From an uncultured Gemmatimonadales bacterium (lineage in GTDB: Bacteria; Gemmatimonadota; Gemmatimonadetes; Gemmatimonadales; GWC2-71-9): a stretch of DNA of 64,000 nucleotides. The notes under the pieces are model-generated. The model had not been told where the DNA came from, made no database searches, and was given only the letters and a program-made list of their open reading frames with translations. Numbering within the stretch: position 1 is the first letter of the stretch; the number at the start of each line of letters is the position of its first letter. This document shows positions 1-12,196 of this stretch, in pieces. Location: the NCBI GenBank assembly GCA_963730185.1, contig CAVSQW010000012.1, forward strand, positions 96,001 to 160,000, in the 5' to 3' direction. The position numbers and the translations under genes are program-made.

Positions 1-429
1 GTTCTCCGGTTTGATGTCGCGGTGGACGATCCCCAGTTGATGGGCGTAGCCGAGGGCGTCCGCCACCTCGAGCGCGACCTGCAGGGCGTCGTCGATCGGG
101 AGCTGGCCCTCGCGATCGAGCCGGTCGCGGAGTGACTCGCCCTGCACGAACGGCATCACGTAGTAGAGGAGGCCGTCCGCCGCGCCGGAGTCGTAGAGGC
201 CGAGAATGTGCGGATGCTGGAGCTTGGCGGCGAGCTTGATCTCCCGCTCGAACCGGTCGGCGCCGATCGTCGCGGCCAGCTCGGGGTGGAGCACCTTGAT
301 TGCGACGTCGCGGTCGTGCTTCAGGTCCTTCGCCAGGAAAACGGTGGCCATGCCGCCCCGGCCGAGCTCCCGCTCGATCGCGTACTGATCACTCAGCAGA
401 GCCCGGAGCCGTTCCTGGATCGTGGACAT
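1..429 (-). CDS. Serine/threonine protein kinase (Hanks type), N-terminal part; runs off the window edge
   Basis: Manual translation from ATG at 429: [47 protein letters not shown]...HRDIKPEN (Gly loop, VAIK, catalytic loop). Not in the ORF track. Confidence 0.95.
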   Translation of the reverse strand, partial: MSTIQERLRALLSDQYAIERELGRGGMATVFLAKDLKHDRDVAIKVLHPELAATIGADRFEREIKLAAKLQHPHILGLYDSGAADGLLYYVMPFVQGESLRDRLDREGQLPIDDALQVALEVADALGYAHQLGIVHRDIKPEN

Positions 430-543
430 GGCTTTCGCAGCGGGATTGGAAGATATCGGGCGATCAAGGATCGCCGGATAGAATATGCCGATCGCCCGAA
501 TGCGCGCCAGCAATGCCCGGAACCGGGGGCTGGCCGGCTTCGG

Positions 544-936
544 CTACAAGGGCTTTTCGACCAGCCCCCGCACCGTCTCCTTGATCCCGTCGGAGAGGTG
601 CTCGCCATAGTGGAGCAGGAACACGCCCCGCGATCGGCGGGCCAGGATGAACCCGAGGAACGGCATGTCCGCCTTGGCGGCGTTGCAGGTCTTGCAGGCG
701 AGGACGAGGTTGTCGGGGCGGTCGTAGGCCGACTTGCCCCGGCGGGGCTGGACATGATCCAGCGTGATCTCTTCGAGCCGATAGGTCAACCCGCAGTACG
801 CGCACACGGGCCCGTGCACCTCCATCAGTGCGTCACGATGGGCCTGGTACGAGCGGCTGCCGGTACGGCGAAGAGTCTTGGAGACTTGCGGGGCCGCGGT
901 GACTCCGCGGCGGCGCGGACGAGGGCTTCTACCCAC
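544..936 (-). CDS. HNH endonuclease family protein
   Basis: CAYC...[10 protein letters not shown]...[14 protein letters not shown]: Zn-binding CxxC pairs plus H-N-N motif. Confidence 0.88.
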   Translation of the reverse strand: MGRSPRPRRRGVTAAPQVSKTLRRTGSRSYQAHRDALMEVHGPVCAYCGLTYRLEEITLDHVQPRRGKSAYDRPDNLVLACKTCNAAKADMPFLGFILARRSRGVFLLHYGEHLSDGIKETVRGLVEKPL

Positions 937-1080
937 TCTATTGATTCACTCCGAACATACGCCGTAAAGCTAAGCGACCAGGGCTGGAAAGGACAGGGAC
1001 GACCCTGCGGCGCCCTTTCCCGCCTGTTATCCTTCGGAAGCGTCCCGCCGTTCCACCCCAACCGAGGAAAGGAGCGCGCC

Positions 1081-3116
1081 CTGTCGGTTCCAGCCGCTTC
1101 TCCCACCAGCCCCACCGCCACCGCCGACGCCACCGCCTGGCTCGCGATCAATACCATCCGCACCCTTGCCATGGATGCCGTGGAGGCCGCCAACTCCGGC
1201 CACCCCGGAACCCCCATGGCGCTCGCGCCGGCCGGATACGTCCTCTGGACCCGCTTCCTCGAGCACGCCCCGTCAGAGCCCGGCTGGGCCAACCGCGACC
1301 GGTTCGTCCTCTCGTGCGGCCACGCGTCGATGTTGCTCTACTCGTTGCTCCACCTCACCGGATACGACCTCCCGCTCGAGGAGCTGAAGGCCTTCCGGCA
1401 GTGGGGCTCGAAAACGCCCGGACACCCCGAGCGCGGGCACACGGCCGGCGTCGAGACCACGACCGGCCCTCTGGGACAGGGGCTCGGTAATGCCGTCGGG
1501 ATGGCCATGGCGGAGCGGTTCCTCGCGGAGCGGTTCAACCGGCCGGGCCACGAGCTGATCGACCACCGGACCTGGGTGTTCGCGAGCGACGGCGACCTGA
1601 TGGAGGGCGTCGCCAGCGAGGCGGCGTCCCTGGCCGGCCACCTCCGCCTCGGCAAGCTGGCGGTGGTCTACGACAACAACCACATCACCATCGACGGGTC
1701 CACCTCCCTCTCCTTCAGCGAGGATGTGGGACGCCGGTTCGAGGCCTACGGGTGGCACGTGCTCCGCTTGAGCGACGGCAACGACCTGGCCGCGATCGAC
1801 GCCGCGCTGGCCGCAGCCCGGGCCCAAACTCAGCGTCCGACCTTGATCGTGATGCGGACCATCATCGGGGACCCGGCGCCCACCAAACGGGACACGCCCG
1901 GAGCGCACGGCGCTCCCCTGGGCAAGCGAAGAGGTGGCCCGCACCAAGGAGATCATGGGCTGGCCCGCCAAGACCTTCTATGTCCCCGACGAGGCGCGCG
2001 CCGACATGGGCGCCTGCCGGACCCGGGGCGAAGCCCGGGTGGCCGAGTGGAACCAGCGCCTCGAGGCGTACCGGGCCGAGCACCCCGACGCCGCGGCCGA
2101 GCTGGACGCGTGGCTCGAGGGACGCCTCACCGACCGACTGGGATGCCGTCCTGCCGGCGTTCGGCCCCAAGGACGTGCTGGCCACCCGACAGGCGTCGCA
2201 GAAGACGCTGGTTCCCCTCGCCGATGTGCTCCCCAACCTCGTCGGCGGCTCCGCCGATCTGGCCGGCAGCACCGGCACCGGCATCAAGGGTGCGGCCGAC
2301 TTCGGCCCCGGCTCGGCCGGGCAGACGATCCACTGGGGCATCCGCGAGCACGCGATGGGCTCCACCATGAACGGCATGCTGGCCCACGGCGGGGTCCGCC
2401 CGTATGGGAGCACGTTCCTGGTGTTCGCCGACTACATGAAGCCGGCCATCCGGCTCGCCGGCCTGATGCACCTGCCGGCGATCTACCTCTTTACCCACGA
2501 CTCCATCGGACTCGGTGAAGACGGCCCCACCCACCAGCCGATCGACCAGCTGGCGATGCTCCGGGCCATCCCCAACCTGACCGTGATCCGGCCGGCCGAC
2601 CCCGGCGAGACCGCCCAGGCTTGGCGAGTGGCCCTGGAACGGACCGACGGGCCCACGGCCCTGGTCCTGACCCGGCAGAAGATCCCGGTCTTCGAGCGCC
2701 AGCACGGCCCCGACGGGCTCCAGGCCGGCGGCTACGTCGTCGTCGACCCGCCCACGCCGGCCGAGGCAATCGTCATCGCCACCGGGTCCGAGGTGGAGCT
2801 GGCGTCCCGCGCCGCGCGGAGCCTCACCGAGAGCGGCCTTCCCACCCGCCTGGTCTCGCTCCCGTCGTGGGAGCTCTTCCAGCGGCAGCCGGCGGCCTAC
2901 CGGGACGCGGTGCTCCCGCCGGCCGTTCGCTGCCGGGTGTCGGTCGAGGCCGCGTCCACCTTCGGGTGGCGCACCTGGGTCGGCGACCAGGGCGAAACGC
3001 TGGGCATCGACCACTTCGGCGCCTCGGCCCCGGCCGAGCGTCTCTTCCAGGAATTCGGCTTCACCCCAGAGCGCATCGTCGAGCTGGTCCGGCGGTCGCA
3101 CGCGCGGAGGTCCTGA
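1081..3116 (+). CDS. tkt: Transketolase (frameshifts near 1925 and 2130, probably sequencing errors)
   Basis: [57 protein letters not shown] spread over three frames; probable CTG start at 1081 after an AGGAG RBS. Confidence 0.93.
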
Positions 3117-4228
3117 TGAGCACCAATCCCCTGATCCGACTGGGCGAGCTGGGACAGAGCCCCTGGCTCGACTTCATAACCCGTGACCTGGTCGCCTCCG
3201 GCGAGCTGGCCCGCCTGATCGACGAGGACGGTCTCCAGGGCATGACGTCCAACCCGACCATCTTCGAGAAGGCCATCACCGCCAGCGCCGACTACGACGC
3301 CGACATCCGCCGGCTCACGGCCGACGGCCGAGACCCCGCCCAGGTGTTCGAGGCGCTTGGCCATCCACGACGTGCGGGCCGCCTGCGACGCCTTCCTCCC
3401 GCTCTACCGGAAGACCGACGGCCGCCACGGCTTCGTGTCGCTCGAGGTGTCGCCCACGCTGGCCCACGACACCGAGGGCACCATCGCCGAGGCCCGCCGG
3501 CTCTGGAAGGAGCTGGACCGGCCCAACGCGATGATCAAGATCCCCGGCACCAAGGCCGGTCTTCCGGCCGATCACCCGGGCGCTGACCGACGGGATCAAC
3601 GTCAACGTGACCCTGCTCTTTTCGGTGGACCGCTACCGGGAGGTCATCGAGGCGTTTCTGGGCGGGCTCGAAGCTCGGGTCGCGGTGGGTGACCCGATCG
3701 GCCACCTCGCCTCGGTCGCGAGCTTCTTCGTGAGCCGGGTGGACGGGAAGGTGGACGCCCGGCTCGACCAATCGGGCGATCCTGCACGGGCTCCGGGGCA
3801 AGATCGCCATCGCCAACGCGGCGATGGCGTACGCCACCTTCGAGCACCTGCTCCGGACCGATCGGTGGTCGGCGCTGGCCGACGCCGGGGCCCGGCCCCA
3901 GCGGCCGCTCTGGGCCTCGACCAGCACCAAGGACCCGAAGTACCCCGACGTCTACTACGTCGAGGCGCTGATCGCGGCCGACACCGTCAACACCATGCCA
4001 CCCGAGACTCTCGACGCCTACCGCGACCACGGCAAGCCGATCCACCGAATCCAGTTCGAGATCGACGGCGCGCCGGCCCGGCTCGAGGCCTTGACCGGCC
4101 AAGGCATCGACCTGGGCGAGGTGACCCGGCTCCTCGAGGACGAAGGGGTCAAGAAGTTCGCCCAGTCCTACACCTCGCTCCTGAGCGGGATCGAGGCCAA
4201 GATCGGTGCGGTGGCGGGGCGTCAGTAA
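3116..4228 (+). CDS. tal: Transaldolase (frameshifts near 3357, 3560 and 3790)
   Basis: [55 protein letters not shown] across frames. Confidence 0.92.
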
Positions 4229-5493
4229 CCCGGCGGCCCCGCCGGCAGCTGCCCCTCGCTCTTCGCCACCCAGAGGCTGGTCAGGAGATCGCCCGTCACG
4301 TTGGGCATGGTCCGGGTCATGTCGAGGATCCGGTCCACGCCCAGGATCAGGGCGATCCCCTCGCCCGGCACCCCGACCATCCCCAGCACCATCACCAGGA
4401 GCGGGATCGACCCGCTCGGCACCCCGGCCACGCCCACGGCGGTGATCACCGCCATCACGACCACGATCAGCTGGGTGCCGAGGCTCAGGTGGACCCCGAA
4501 GACCTGGGCCAGGAAGAGCACCGTGATCCCCTCGAACAGCGCGGTGCCGTTCATGTTCATGGTGGCGCCGATCGGAAGCACGAACCCGGCGATCTCGCGG
4601 GGCACCCCGAACGCCTCCGCCGTCCGGATCGTGGTGGGCAGGGTGGCGTTGGAGCTCGAGGTCGAGAAGGCGGTGACCATCAGGTCGCGCGCCCCGCCGA
4701 AGAACCGGCGCGGGCCGATGCCTACCAGGAGCCGCGCCAGCCCACCGATCACCAGGAACTGGTGGATCAGCAGGGCCCCGATCACGGTCAGCACGTAGAC
4801 CAGGAGCGACCGGAGCAGGTCGAGCCCGAAGCGGGCCGTGACCGAGAAGATCAGGCAGGCCACGCCCAGCGGGGCCAGCCGCATGGCGAAGCCGATCATC
4901 ACCACGACCGCGTCGCTGATCCCCTCCAGTACCCGGACCACGGGCGCGCTCCGTTCCACCGGAATGAGGGTGAGCGCGATGCCGAACACGAGCGAGAAGA
5001 AGATCAGCCCCAGCATGTCGCCGTTCGCGGCCGACCCGACCGGATTCCGGGGCACGATGTTGACGAAGGTGTTGACGCCGAACCCGGTCTGTCCGGCCGC
5101 CGCCACCCGCTCGCCCGCCTGCTTGGAGAACTGGGCCATCAGCGACTGCTGCACCGCCGGGTCGATCCCGTCCCCGGGCCGGACCAGGTTCGTGATCGTC
5201 AGCCCGATCGCCACCGCCAGGGCGGTCGTGACCAGGAAGAAGAGCAGGGTCTTGGCCCCGATTCGCCCCACCCGGCGCACGTCTCCGAGCGAAGCCACCC
5301 CAAGCGAGACCGACGTGAAGACCAGGGGCACCACCACCATGAACAGCAGGCGGAGGAAGATCTGGCCGATCGGCTGGGTGACGGTGTCGATGGTCCAGTC
5401 GAGGGCGCCACGACCGCTCCAGAGCAGGTTCGACAGGACGCCAAGGACGACGCCGGCCACCAGGCCGAGGAGGATCTTGGTGTGCAGGGGCAT
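4222..5493 (-). CDS. Dicarboxylate/amino acid:cation symporter (DAACS, GltP-like)
   Basis: AFSTSSSNATLP, GATMNMNG, DRILDMTRT motifs; multiple TM segments; start taken at MPLHTKIL. Confidence 0.93.
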   Translation of the reverse strand: MPLHTKILLGLVAGVVLGVLSNLLWSGRGALDWTIDTVTQPIGQIFLRLLFMVVVPLVFTSVSLGVASLGDVRRVGRIGAKTLLFFLVTTALAVAIGLTITNLVRPGDGIDPAVQQSLMAQFSKQAGERVAAAGQTGFGVNTFVNIVPRNPVGSAANGDMLGLIFFSLVFGIALTLIPVERSAPVVRVLEGISDAVVVMIGFAMRLAPLGVACLIFSVTARFGLDLLRSLLVYVLTVIGALLIHQFLVIGGLARLLVGIGPRRFFGGARDLMVTAFSTSSSNATLPTTIRTAEAFGVPREIAGFVLPIGATMNMNGTALFEGITVLFLAQVFGVHLSLGTQLIVVVMAVITAVGVAGVPSGSIPLLVMVLGMVGVPGEGIALILGVDRILDMTRTMPNVTGDLLTSLWVAKSEGQLPAGPPGY

Positions 5494-5659
5494 GCCCCCG
5501 CGATTGGTTTCGCTGGTCACGGGATGGCCGGTCGCTGGGGAACAGGGTGGGCGCCGAAGACGACGGGAACGCCGAGCTCCGGCCCGCGAACCCGCCACGA
5601 AACCGGCGCTACAAGCTAGCGCCGCGGGAGGGCGGCGCCAGTCCCCGATCGGAGATCGA

Positions 5660-6948
5660 TCAACCGGCGGGGGCGCCCTTGGGCGGCGGCACCAGCGACT
5701 CGCCCTCGCTCCGGGCGATCACGGCCGCGGCGGTCAGGTCGCCGGTCACGTTGAGAGCGGTGCGCATCATGTCCAGGATCCGGTCCACGCCCAGGATCAG
5801 CGCGATGCCCGCCTGCACCTGCCCACCCATCCCCACCGACTGGAGCACGATGATCAGGGTGATGATGCCCGCGCTCGGCACCCCGGCCGCCCCGACCGAC
5901 GCCAGCGTGGCGGTGAGGACGACCGTCAGCTGCGCCCCGAATCCGAGCGGGATCCCGTAGATCTGGGCGATGAACATCACGGCGACCGCCTGGTAGAGGG
6001 CGGTGCCGTCCATGTTGATCGTGGCGCCGAGCGGGAGGACGAAGCTCGAGACCTCGGGCGAGACCCCCACCTCCTTCTCGGCGGTCTCGATGGTGATCGG
6101 CAGGGTCGCGTTCGACGACGAGGTCGAGAACGCGATCAGCGGAACGTTCCGGATCCGCTTGAGGAAGGTGATCGGGTTGAGCCGGGCCAGGAACCGGAGG
6201 GCGAGGCCATAGGTGATGACCAGATGGAGCAACAGGCCCACAACCACCACCAACGAATAGAGCAGCAGGCTCCGGAGCACGTCCAGCCCGAACCGGGACA
6301 CGATCCCCGCGATCAGCGCGAAGACGGCATAGGGCGCCAGCTTCATCACCCAGTCGATCACCGTCATCGAGGCGTCGTTGACCCCCTCGAAGAAGGTCAG
6401 CACCGATCGGCGGCGGTCCTCCCGGCACGGTGCTGATCGCCGCGCCGAAGATGATGGTGAACACGATCAGGGGGAGGAGATCCATCTCCGCCGCGGCCTG
6501 GATCGGGTTCCGCGGGATCATGTGGAGCAAGCGTCTCCACCGTCGACGGCTTCTCGGCCGCCAGGCTCACGTCGCCCGCCGCCTGGTCCGCGAACTGCGC
6601 CGACAGCGCATCCCGGGTGCCGGGGTCGATCCGCGACCCGGGTTGAATCGCCTGCGAGAGCACCAGACCGATCGTGACCGCGATCGCGGTGGTCAGGATG
6701 TAGTACACGATCGTCTTGCCGCCGATCCGCCCCACCTTCCGGAGATCACCGAGCGACGCCGTGCCGACCAGCAGGCTGGCCACCACCAGCGGGATCACGA
6801 TCATCGTGATGAGCCGGATCCAGCCGGTCCCGAACGGCTCGATCGCCGCGAAGACCCGTTGGAGCGACTCGATCCCCAGGACGTTGGCGAGAACCCCGGC
6901 GAGAACCCCCGCCACGAGGCCAATCAGGATCTTGGTGTAGAGTTGCAT
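5660..6948 (-). CDS. Second DAACS symporter (frameshifts near 6410 and 6530)
   Basis: MQLYTKIL..., AFSTSSSNATLP, GATINMDG, DRILDMMRT across three frames. Confidence 0.9.
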
Positions 6949-7153
6949 GGGCCGGCGTCACCTCGGCGAGAGACAAGGGAGCGGGAGCGGGCCGGCATCG
7001 TGTCGGAGCGCGCGGAGCGCGCCCCGGCCTCTCGAACACCGTGCCTCGGCGGAAACCAACGGACGGGTGGACGGCCGGGTCGGGCCGACCCGGCCGGCTG
7101 GGCAAGTTATTCCGTTTCGCGGCCGACGCCAGAGCGGCGCCGGACCATTCCGG

Positions 7154-7963
7154 TCAGGCCAGCGGACCCGCGGCCCGTGGCACTGTGCGGGTGGTGTCCG
7201 GGGCCGGCTTCGGCTTGGGCTCCTTGGGCCGGCGCGGCGGCGGGGTCCGGGTCCAGATCACGATCACGCCACACCGGGCCTGGTAGCTCTCGAGCTCGGG
7301 AGGCGTCTGGGCCGGCCCCGAGTAGATCTCCACCCCCTCGACTTCCTGGATCGGCGTGAGCCAGGCGATCGCCGGGTCCGAGGGAACACCGTCCATGAAG
7401 AAGGCCGGGTTACAGCCTCGGGGCGCCCGGGTCATCCGGACCGCGCACTGCATCCCGTTTCGGCACTCCACCCGGACGCCCGGAACCATCCGCATCACGT
7501 CCGGCAGAGTCGCCGCCTGCCGCCGCTCGATCTCGGCCCGGTCGATGTAGCGCCCCCGGCCTTCGCTCTTTCGGCGGAGCCAGTCCATCGGCCCGTTGGT
7601 CGCCTCGCCTTCCACCGTGACCTCGGGGAGGTTGACCGCCTCGGCCTCGGTGTTGAACTCGAGGTCCATGGTCTGGCCGCTCTTCAGGTCGATCGGGGTG
7701 GTGACCGTCGCATACCCGATCGCCGCCACCCGGATCAGGTAGCGGCCGGCCTCGAGCCCGGTGAACTCGAAGCCCCCCGTGGCACCGGTCCGGGTCGCGA
7801 CGGTGGTGCCGACCAGCGAGATCCGCGCACCTTCGACCGGCCGACGCTCCCCGGTCGTCAGCAGCACGCCGCGAATCACTCCGGTCGACTGGGCCTGGAC
7901 CGCTCCGGGGCCGAACGCCCCGGCCGCCAGCGCCGCGATCACTCCAATACCGATGGTGCGCAT
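7154..7963 (-). CDS. Secreted carboxypeptidase-regulatory-like domain + TonB plug-like domain protein (no barrel)
   Basis: Signal peptide (AQA), PVEGARISL..TGATGGF, IDRAEIE..DVMRMVPGV, C.P.FFMDG, VEIYSG..CGVIVIWTR. Confidence 0.8.
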   Translation of the reverse strand: MRTIGIGVIAALAAGAFGPGAVQAQSTGVIRGVLLTTGERRPVEGARISLVGTTVATRTGATGGFEFTGLEAGRYLIRVAAIGYATVTTPIDLKSGQTMDLEFNTEAEAVNLPEVTVEGEATNGPMDWLRRKSEGRGRYIDRAEIERRQAATLPDVMRMVPGVRVECRNGMQCAVRMTRAPRGCNPAFFMDGVPSDPAIAWLTPIQEVEGVEIYSGPAQTPPELESYQARCGVIVIWTRTPPPRRPKEPKPKPAPDTTRTVPRAAGPLA

Positions 7964-7981
7964 GTTCCCTCCCTCCGCGCC

Positions 7982-8749
7982 CTACGGCGCGAGCCCCCGG
8001 CGAGTCCAGATCACGATCGCGCCGCCACAGCGGGCCGCGTCGACGTTGATCTCCGGCGGGGTCTCCGACGGACCGCGGTAGATCTCCAGTCCCTGCACCG
8101 AGCTGGGGCTGGTGGCTTCCAACACGGCCATCGTCGTCTGGACGTCGTCGATGAACACCGCGGGCCCGCAGTCCCGCGGGTCGTGGTTGAGCCGAACCTG
8201 ACAGGTCAGGCCGTAGCAGTTGGTCCGGACGCCGGGGAGGAACCGGATCAGATCGAGCAGGCGGCTCGGATTCCGCTGGCGGATGTCGTCCCGGGTAATG
8301 AAACGGCCGGTGCCGGTCGCCTGACGCCGCTCGAACTTGGTCAGCACCTTGATCAAGGTCGGGCGCGACTCGCCGTCGACGTAGATCGTCGGCAGAAGCT
8401 GGCCCGCGTCGTCGGTCCGAAACTCCACTTCCTTGGTACCGCCCGCCGACAGATTGACGACCGCGGCCAGGGGCGTGAGCCCGATCAGCGCCACCTCGAG
8501 CTGATAGACGGAGGGCTTCAGTCGCTCGAAGGTGAACCGCCCCAGCGAGTCGGTCGACACCGACTTGCGGGCGCCGAGCAGGGTGACCCGAACGCCGGCG
8601 ACGGGCGTTCCATCCGTGGACGTTACCACCCGCCCGACGATGGTGCCGTGCTTGTCTTGTGCTTGGGAGCACTTCGGAAGGACGCCCAGCAGAGCGACGA
8701 GGGCCAGCGCCCTCGAAACCCAACGTCCTACGCTACCGCGATCCATCAT
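7982..8749 (-). CDS. Paralogous carboxypeptidase-regulatory-like + TonB plug-like protein
   Basis: Same architecture: PVAGVRV..TDSLGRF, FITRDDI..LPGV, CGPAVFIDD, LEIYRG..CGGAIVIWTR. Confidence 0.8.
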   Translation of the reverse strand: MMDRGSVGRWVSRALALVALLGVLPKCSQAQDKHGTIVGRVVTSTDGTPVAGVRVTLLGARKSVSTDSLGRFTFERLKPSVYQLEVALIGLTPLAAVVNLSAGGTKEVEFRTDDAGQLLPTIYVDGESRPTLIKVLTKFERRQATGTGRFITRDDIRQRNPSRLLDLIRFLPGVRTNCYGLTCQVRLNHDPRDCGPAVFIDDVQTTMAVLEATSPSSVQGLEIYRGPSETPPEINVDAARCGGAIVIWTRRGLAP

Positions 8750-8777
8750 ACCACACCCCGGGGGGCGGGGGTCCGAG

Positions 8778-8849
<72 letters not shown>

Positions 8850-8955
8850 GGGTCCGGGAAAGTGCCATCCCGCCCCATCGATGGCAAGGTGTTTGGCGCC
8901 GGCTATATGGCTCGGTTCCACACCCTACGGAACGGAGCCCGAATGGGGTTCGATC

Positions 8956-11551
8956 TCACATTCCGGGGCCCAGAAACACGGCGTTCGCGAAGAGGGGGAG
9001 CAGCCCCCGCCAGAGATCCCGAAAGTTCGGGTCGCCCGCGAACGCGATGACCCGGCCCCGTCCCACCCGCTCGGTCCAAAGGAAGGGGGTACCCCCAAGC
9101 CGGGCTGGCACTTCGGGCCAGAGATAGCCCGCCAGCCGGAGCCTCGGCGCCGGCTCGTAGGCCACCACCACCTCGCCGGGTTGGACATCCTTCGGCGGAT
9201 CCAGGATCAGGCCGCCGTCGGCCATCACCGCAAGCTCCGCCGTCTCGAGTCCGGCCGAGAGCCGTGACAGGGTATCGACGGTAGCCCGGACGATCGCGCC
9301 GGGCACGTTGGACGGGAGCGGAGCCTGTCCGCCCGAGGCCGAGTCGCGCCGGATCCGGAGCCGGCCGATGCCCGAACGCTCGCTCGCCAGCCAGGCGGTG
9401 GCTCCCGCGATGGTCACCAACGTCCCGCCGGCGGCGACCCATTCACGGAGGTGAGCCCGGCCGTCGTCGCCCAGCAGCCGGGCGAAGGCGCCGGCCTGGA
9501 GGGTGGGCAGCACGATGACGTCGTACCCGCTCAGATCGGCGCCGACGAGGCGGTCGGCGTCGATCGTGGTCACCGGATACCGGAGGCGCTGATCGAAGGC
9601 GTACCAGGCAAAGCCGAACCCGTTCCCCGACACTGGCGAGCCCCCGACCAACGCCACCGTCGGCGCTTTGACGAACCGGACGCTGTTGCTCCCCAGATCG
9701 GTGCCGCTGTCGGCGGCGGCGGTATTGAGCGGCTGCACCCGGGCGCCGCTTTCGGTCGCCACCCGGCTCATCACCTCGTGCACGCTGTCGGGGTTCGCCG
9801 CCACCCGGACCAGGAACGCGCCCCGCGGAAAGGAGGTGCCGCCGACCGCGAACGCCTTGGGCGCGAACCAGACCCGGACCCCGCCGGCCAGGAGTCCGGC
9901 CAGCATCCGGAGGCTCGGCTCGGAGCCCGGCTCGAACGCGTAGGCGGCCCGGGCGCGGTCGATCGACGACGGCCGGGACGTGATCCACCCCACCGGCTCG
10001 TGGGCGGTGGGCATCGTCCCCAGCGACCAGGCCCGAACCCGGAAGGTGTAGGGCAACGACCAGGCGGTGATGTCGTAGAACCGGTCGGGCTGCCCGGTGC
10101 GCCGGCTCTCCAGCTCGGCCGCGATGAACGACGAGTCGAGCTTGGCATCCGGCTCGAGCAGCGCCTTGGCGAGCCGGCCTTCGGGCTGCGCCAGGTCCAC
10201 CAGGTAGGTCCCGGCCCGGAGCCGGGTCGGGCGCGCGGCGGCCTCGCCGTACCCGGTGGCCGGGACGGTCACGTCGGTGGTGAGCCGGGTGACCGCGATC
10301 CCGTTCCCGGCCAACCGCTGGGCCAGCGAGTCGGCCCGGCCGTCCCGGTCCCGTTCGAGGGCGACGGCCCGGAAGGACGAGGCCAGGGCGTCGGTGACGG
10401 CGCTTTGCCGGAAGGCCAGGAAGTCGGAGACCCGCTCGCGGGCCCGCCGGGCCGCCGTGACCAGCGTGGCCCAGGCGGTGGTGTAGTGGTGGAGGGCGGC
10501 GTCGTGCAGCGTCAGCACCGTTCCGTCGCGCCGGAGAATCGCGCCGCCGCGGCTCGAGGCCTGCTCGTAGGTCATCCCCACCGCCCCGGTGAGGATCGGC
10601 CACGACACTCCATAACCCGGGTAAAACTCGTCGTAGCCCTCACGCGCGGAAGTAGGGCCACCCCCGGGCGTCGAAGGCCCGGGCGTTCGAGGCGGCGAAG
10701 ATGTCCCACCACTTGAGGATGGTCTGGTGCACGTTGGGGTTGATGGGCTCCATCGGCGGGGCGAAGAAGTAGCTCGCCTCGCTGCCCTGCTCATGGAGAT
10801 CCACCGCGACCTGGGGCCACCAGCGGAGGAAGGTCCGAACCCGGCCGCGGGTCTCCGGGTGTGACTGGATGAACCAGTCCCGATTGAGATCGAAGTCGTA
10901 GTGGCTGGTCCGCGCCCCGGGCCAGGTTCCCTGGTGGATCATCGCGAGCGGATCGGTCGGCACGCCCCAGGCGCCCCGGGCCCGGATCACGTCCTGGACG
11001 TGGCGCTCGTGCCCGTCGGGATTCTGGGCCGGATCGATCAACACCACGGTGCTGTCGAGGACCATCCGGGTCAGGTCGTCGCGACCGGCGGCCAGCTGAT
11101 AGAGGAGCGCGATCCCCGCCTCCACCCCCGAGGCTTCGCCGCCGTGAATCGAGAAGCCCAGCCAGACGATCGCCGGGAGACGGGCGGCGGCGGCCGCCAC
11201 CTCCCCCTCCGGCGCCCCCACCGGGTTGGCGACCAGGCCGGCGTCGTGACGAATGGCCTCCAGCCGGCCCTGGTTCGCTTCGCTCGTCACCACCACCAGC
11301 ATCACCTCGCGGCCTTCGAACGTCGTCGCCACGGTATCGAGCCGGACCCGCCGACTGGTCGCCGCCACCCGCTCGAGATAGCGCATCAGCAGAGCATGCG
11401 GGGTGAAGCGCTCCCCCACCGAGTAGCCGAGCACCGACGCCGGGGTCGGCACCGCGGAATCGAACGGCCCGTCGGGGTTGAATGCGTGCTGAGCCCGGAC
11501 GACGGACGGAACGGCGAGCAGGAACGCGAGCAGAAGAGCCTTCATGACCAT
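8956..11551 (-). CDS. M14 family zinc carboxypeptidase (frameshift near 10640)
   Basis: SIHGGE, QNPDG, DLNRDW, VDLHEQG, YPGYG..W, GMTYEQ; signal peptide; C-terminal class-I GATase-like domain. Confidence 0.88.
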
Positions 11552-11580
11552 GGGGGGTAGGGGCGGAACGAGGACGACGA

Positions 11581-12042
11581 CTACTGCGAGTCGGCCGGGA
11601 CCAACCGAAGGCCGTCGACGAAATAGTGAGTCAAGCCGAAGCAGGTGGTCGGCACCCCACGGTGCTCGGTGTAGTGGAGCGCCACCTTCCGGCCCAGCGC
11701 CTCATTGATCTGCCTCGCCACCACGGCATCCCGAACCGAGAACTCCCAGATCTGGGGCGGCACCCCGGGGTAGGTAGGCATGGCCAGCTCACCCTCCCAG
11801 GTCTTACAGAGCCAGCCTTTGTGGGAGAACTTCTGGACGATGCCCGCTCGGTCCCCGTCGGAATAGCTCCAGGTCAGCACCAGCCAGGTGTACAGGGACC
11901 CGGCGACCAGCGGGGTCAGGAGAACGAGGGCCAGCACCCACCGCCACGGAACGTGTCGCCGGGGCGGGCGCGGCTCGGCCCGGGGCTGGGATGCCGCCGG
12001 GTCGGCGGCCGTCGGGTCGTTCGGGGAGGCGTCGTCAGGCAT
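11581..12042 (-). CDS. Conserved-looking hypothetical membrane-anchored protein
   Basis: One TM helix, then YSDGDRAGIVQKFSHKGWLCKTWEGEL...F.V.D...PTTCFG. Confidence 0.75.
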   Translation of the reverse strand: MPDDASPNDPTAADPAASQPRAEPRPPRRHVPWRWVLALVLLTPLVAGSLYTWLVLTWSYSDGDRAGIVQKFSHKGWLCKTWEGELAMPTYPGVPPQIWEFSVRDAVVARQINEALGRKVALHYTEHRGVPTTCFGLTHYFVDGLRLVPADSQ

Positions 12043-12196
12043 GGTGGTTGCAAACTGGATGAAAGGTGGAGCCCGCCGTCACCGGGGGCAAGAGCGGGCC
12101 CGGATAGATTTGGGGCGGTGACCGGTGGCGGAGAATCGGTCGGGCAGCGGGCCCGAGATCGCCGCCCCCCGCGAGACAGAGGCGAGATCGGGATCG

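Noticed and set aside
1081..6948. Multiple frameshifts in tkt, tal and the second DAACS gene (also in M14, GMC, hyi-like, the aminotransferase and the serine hydrolase) read as pseudogenes or programmed frameshifting
   Set aside because: Single-base indels in otherwise intact core genes, with no shared slippery motif, are most consistent with long-read consensus errors; read mapping is needed to confirm
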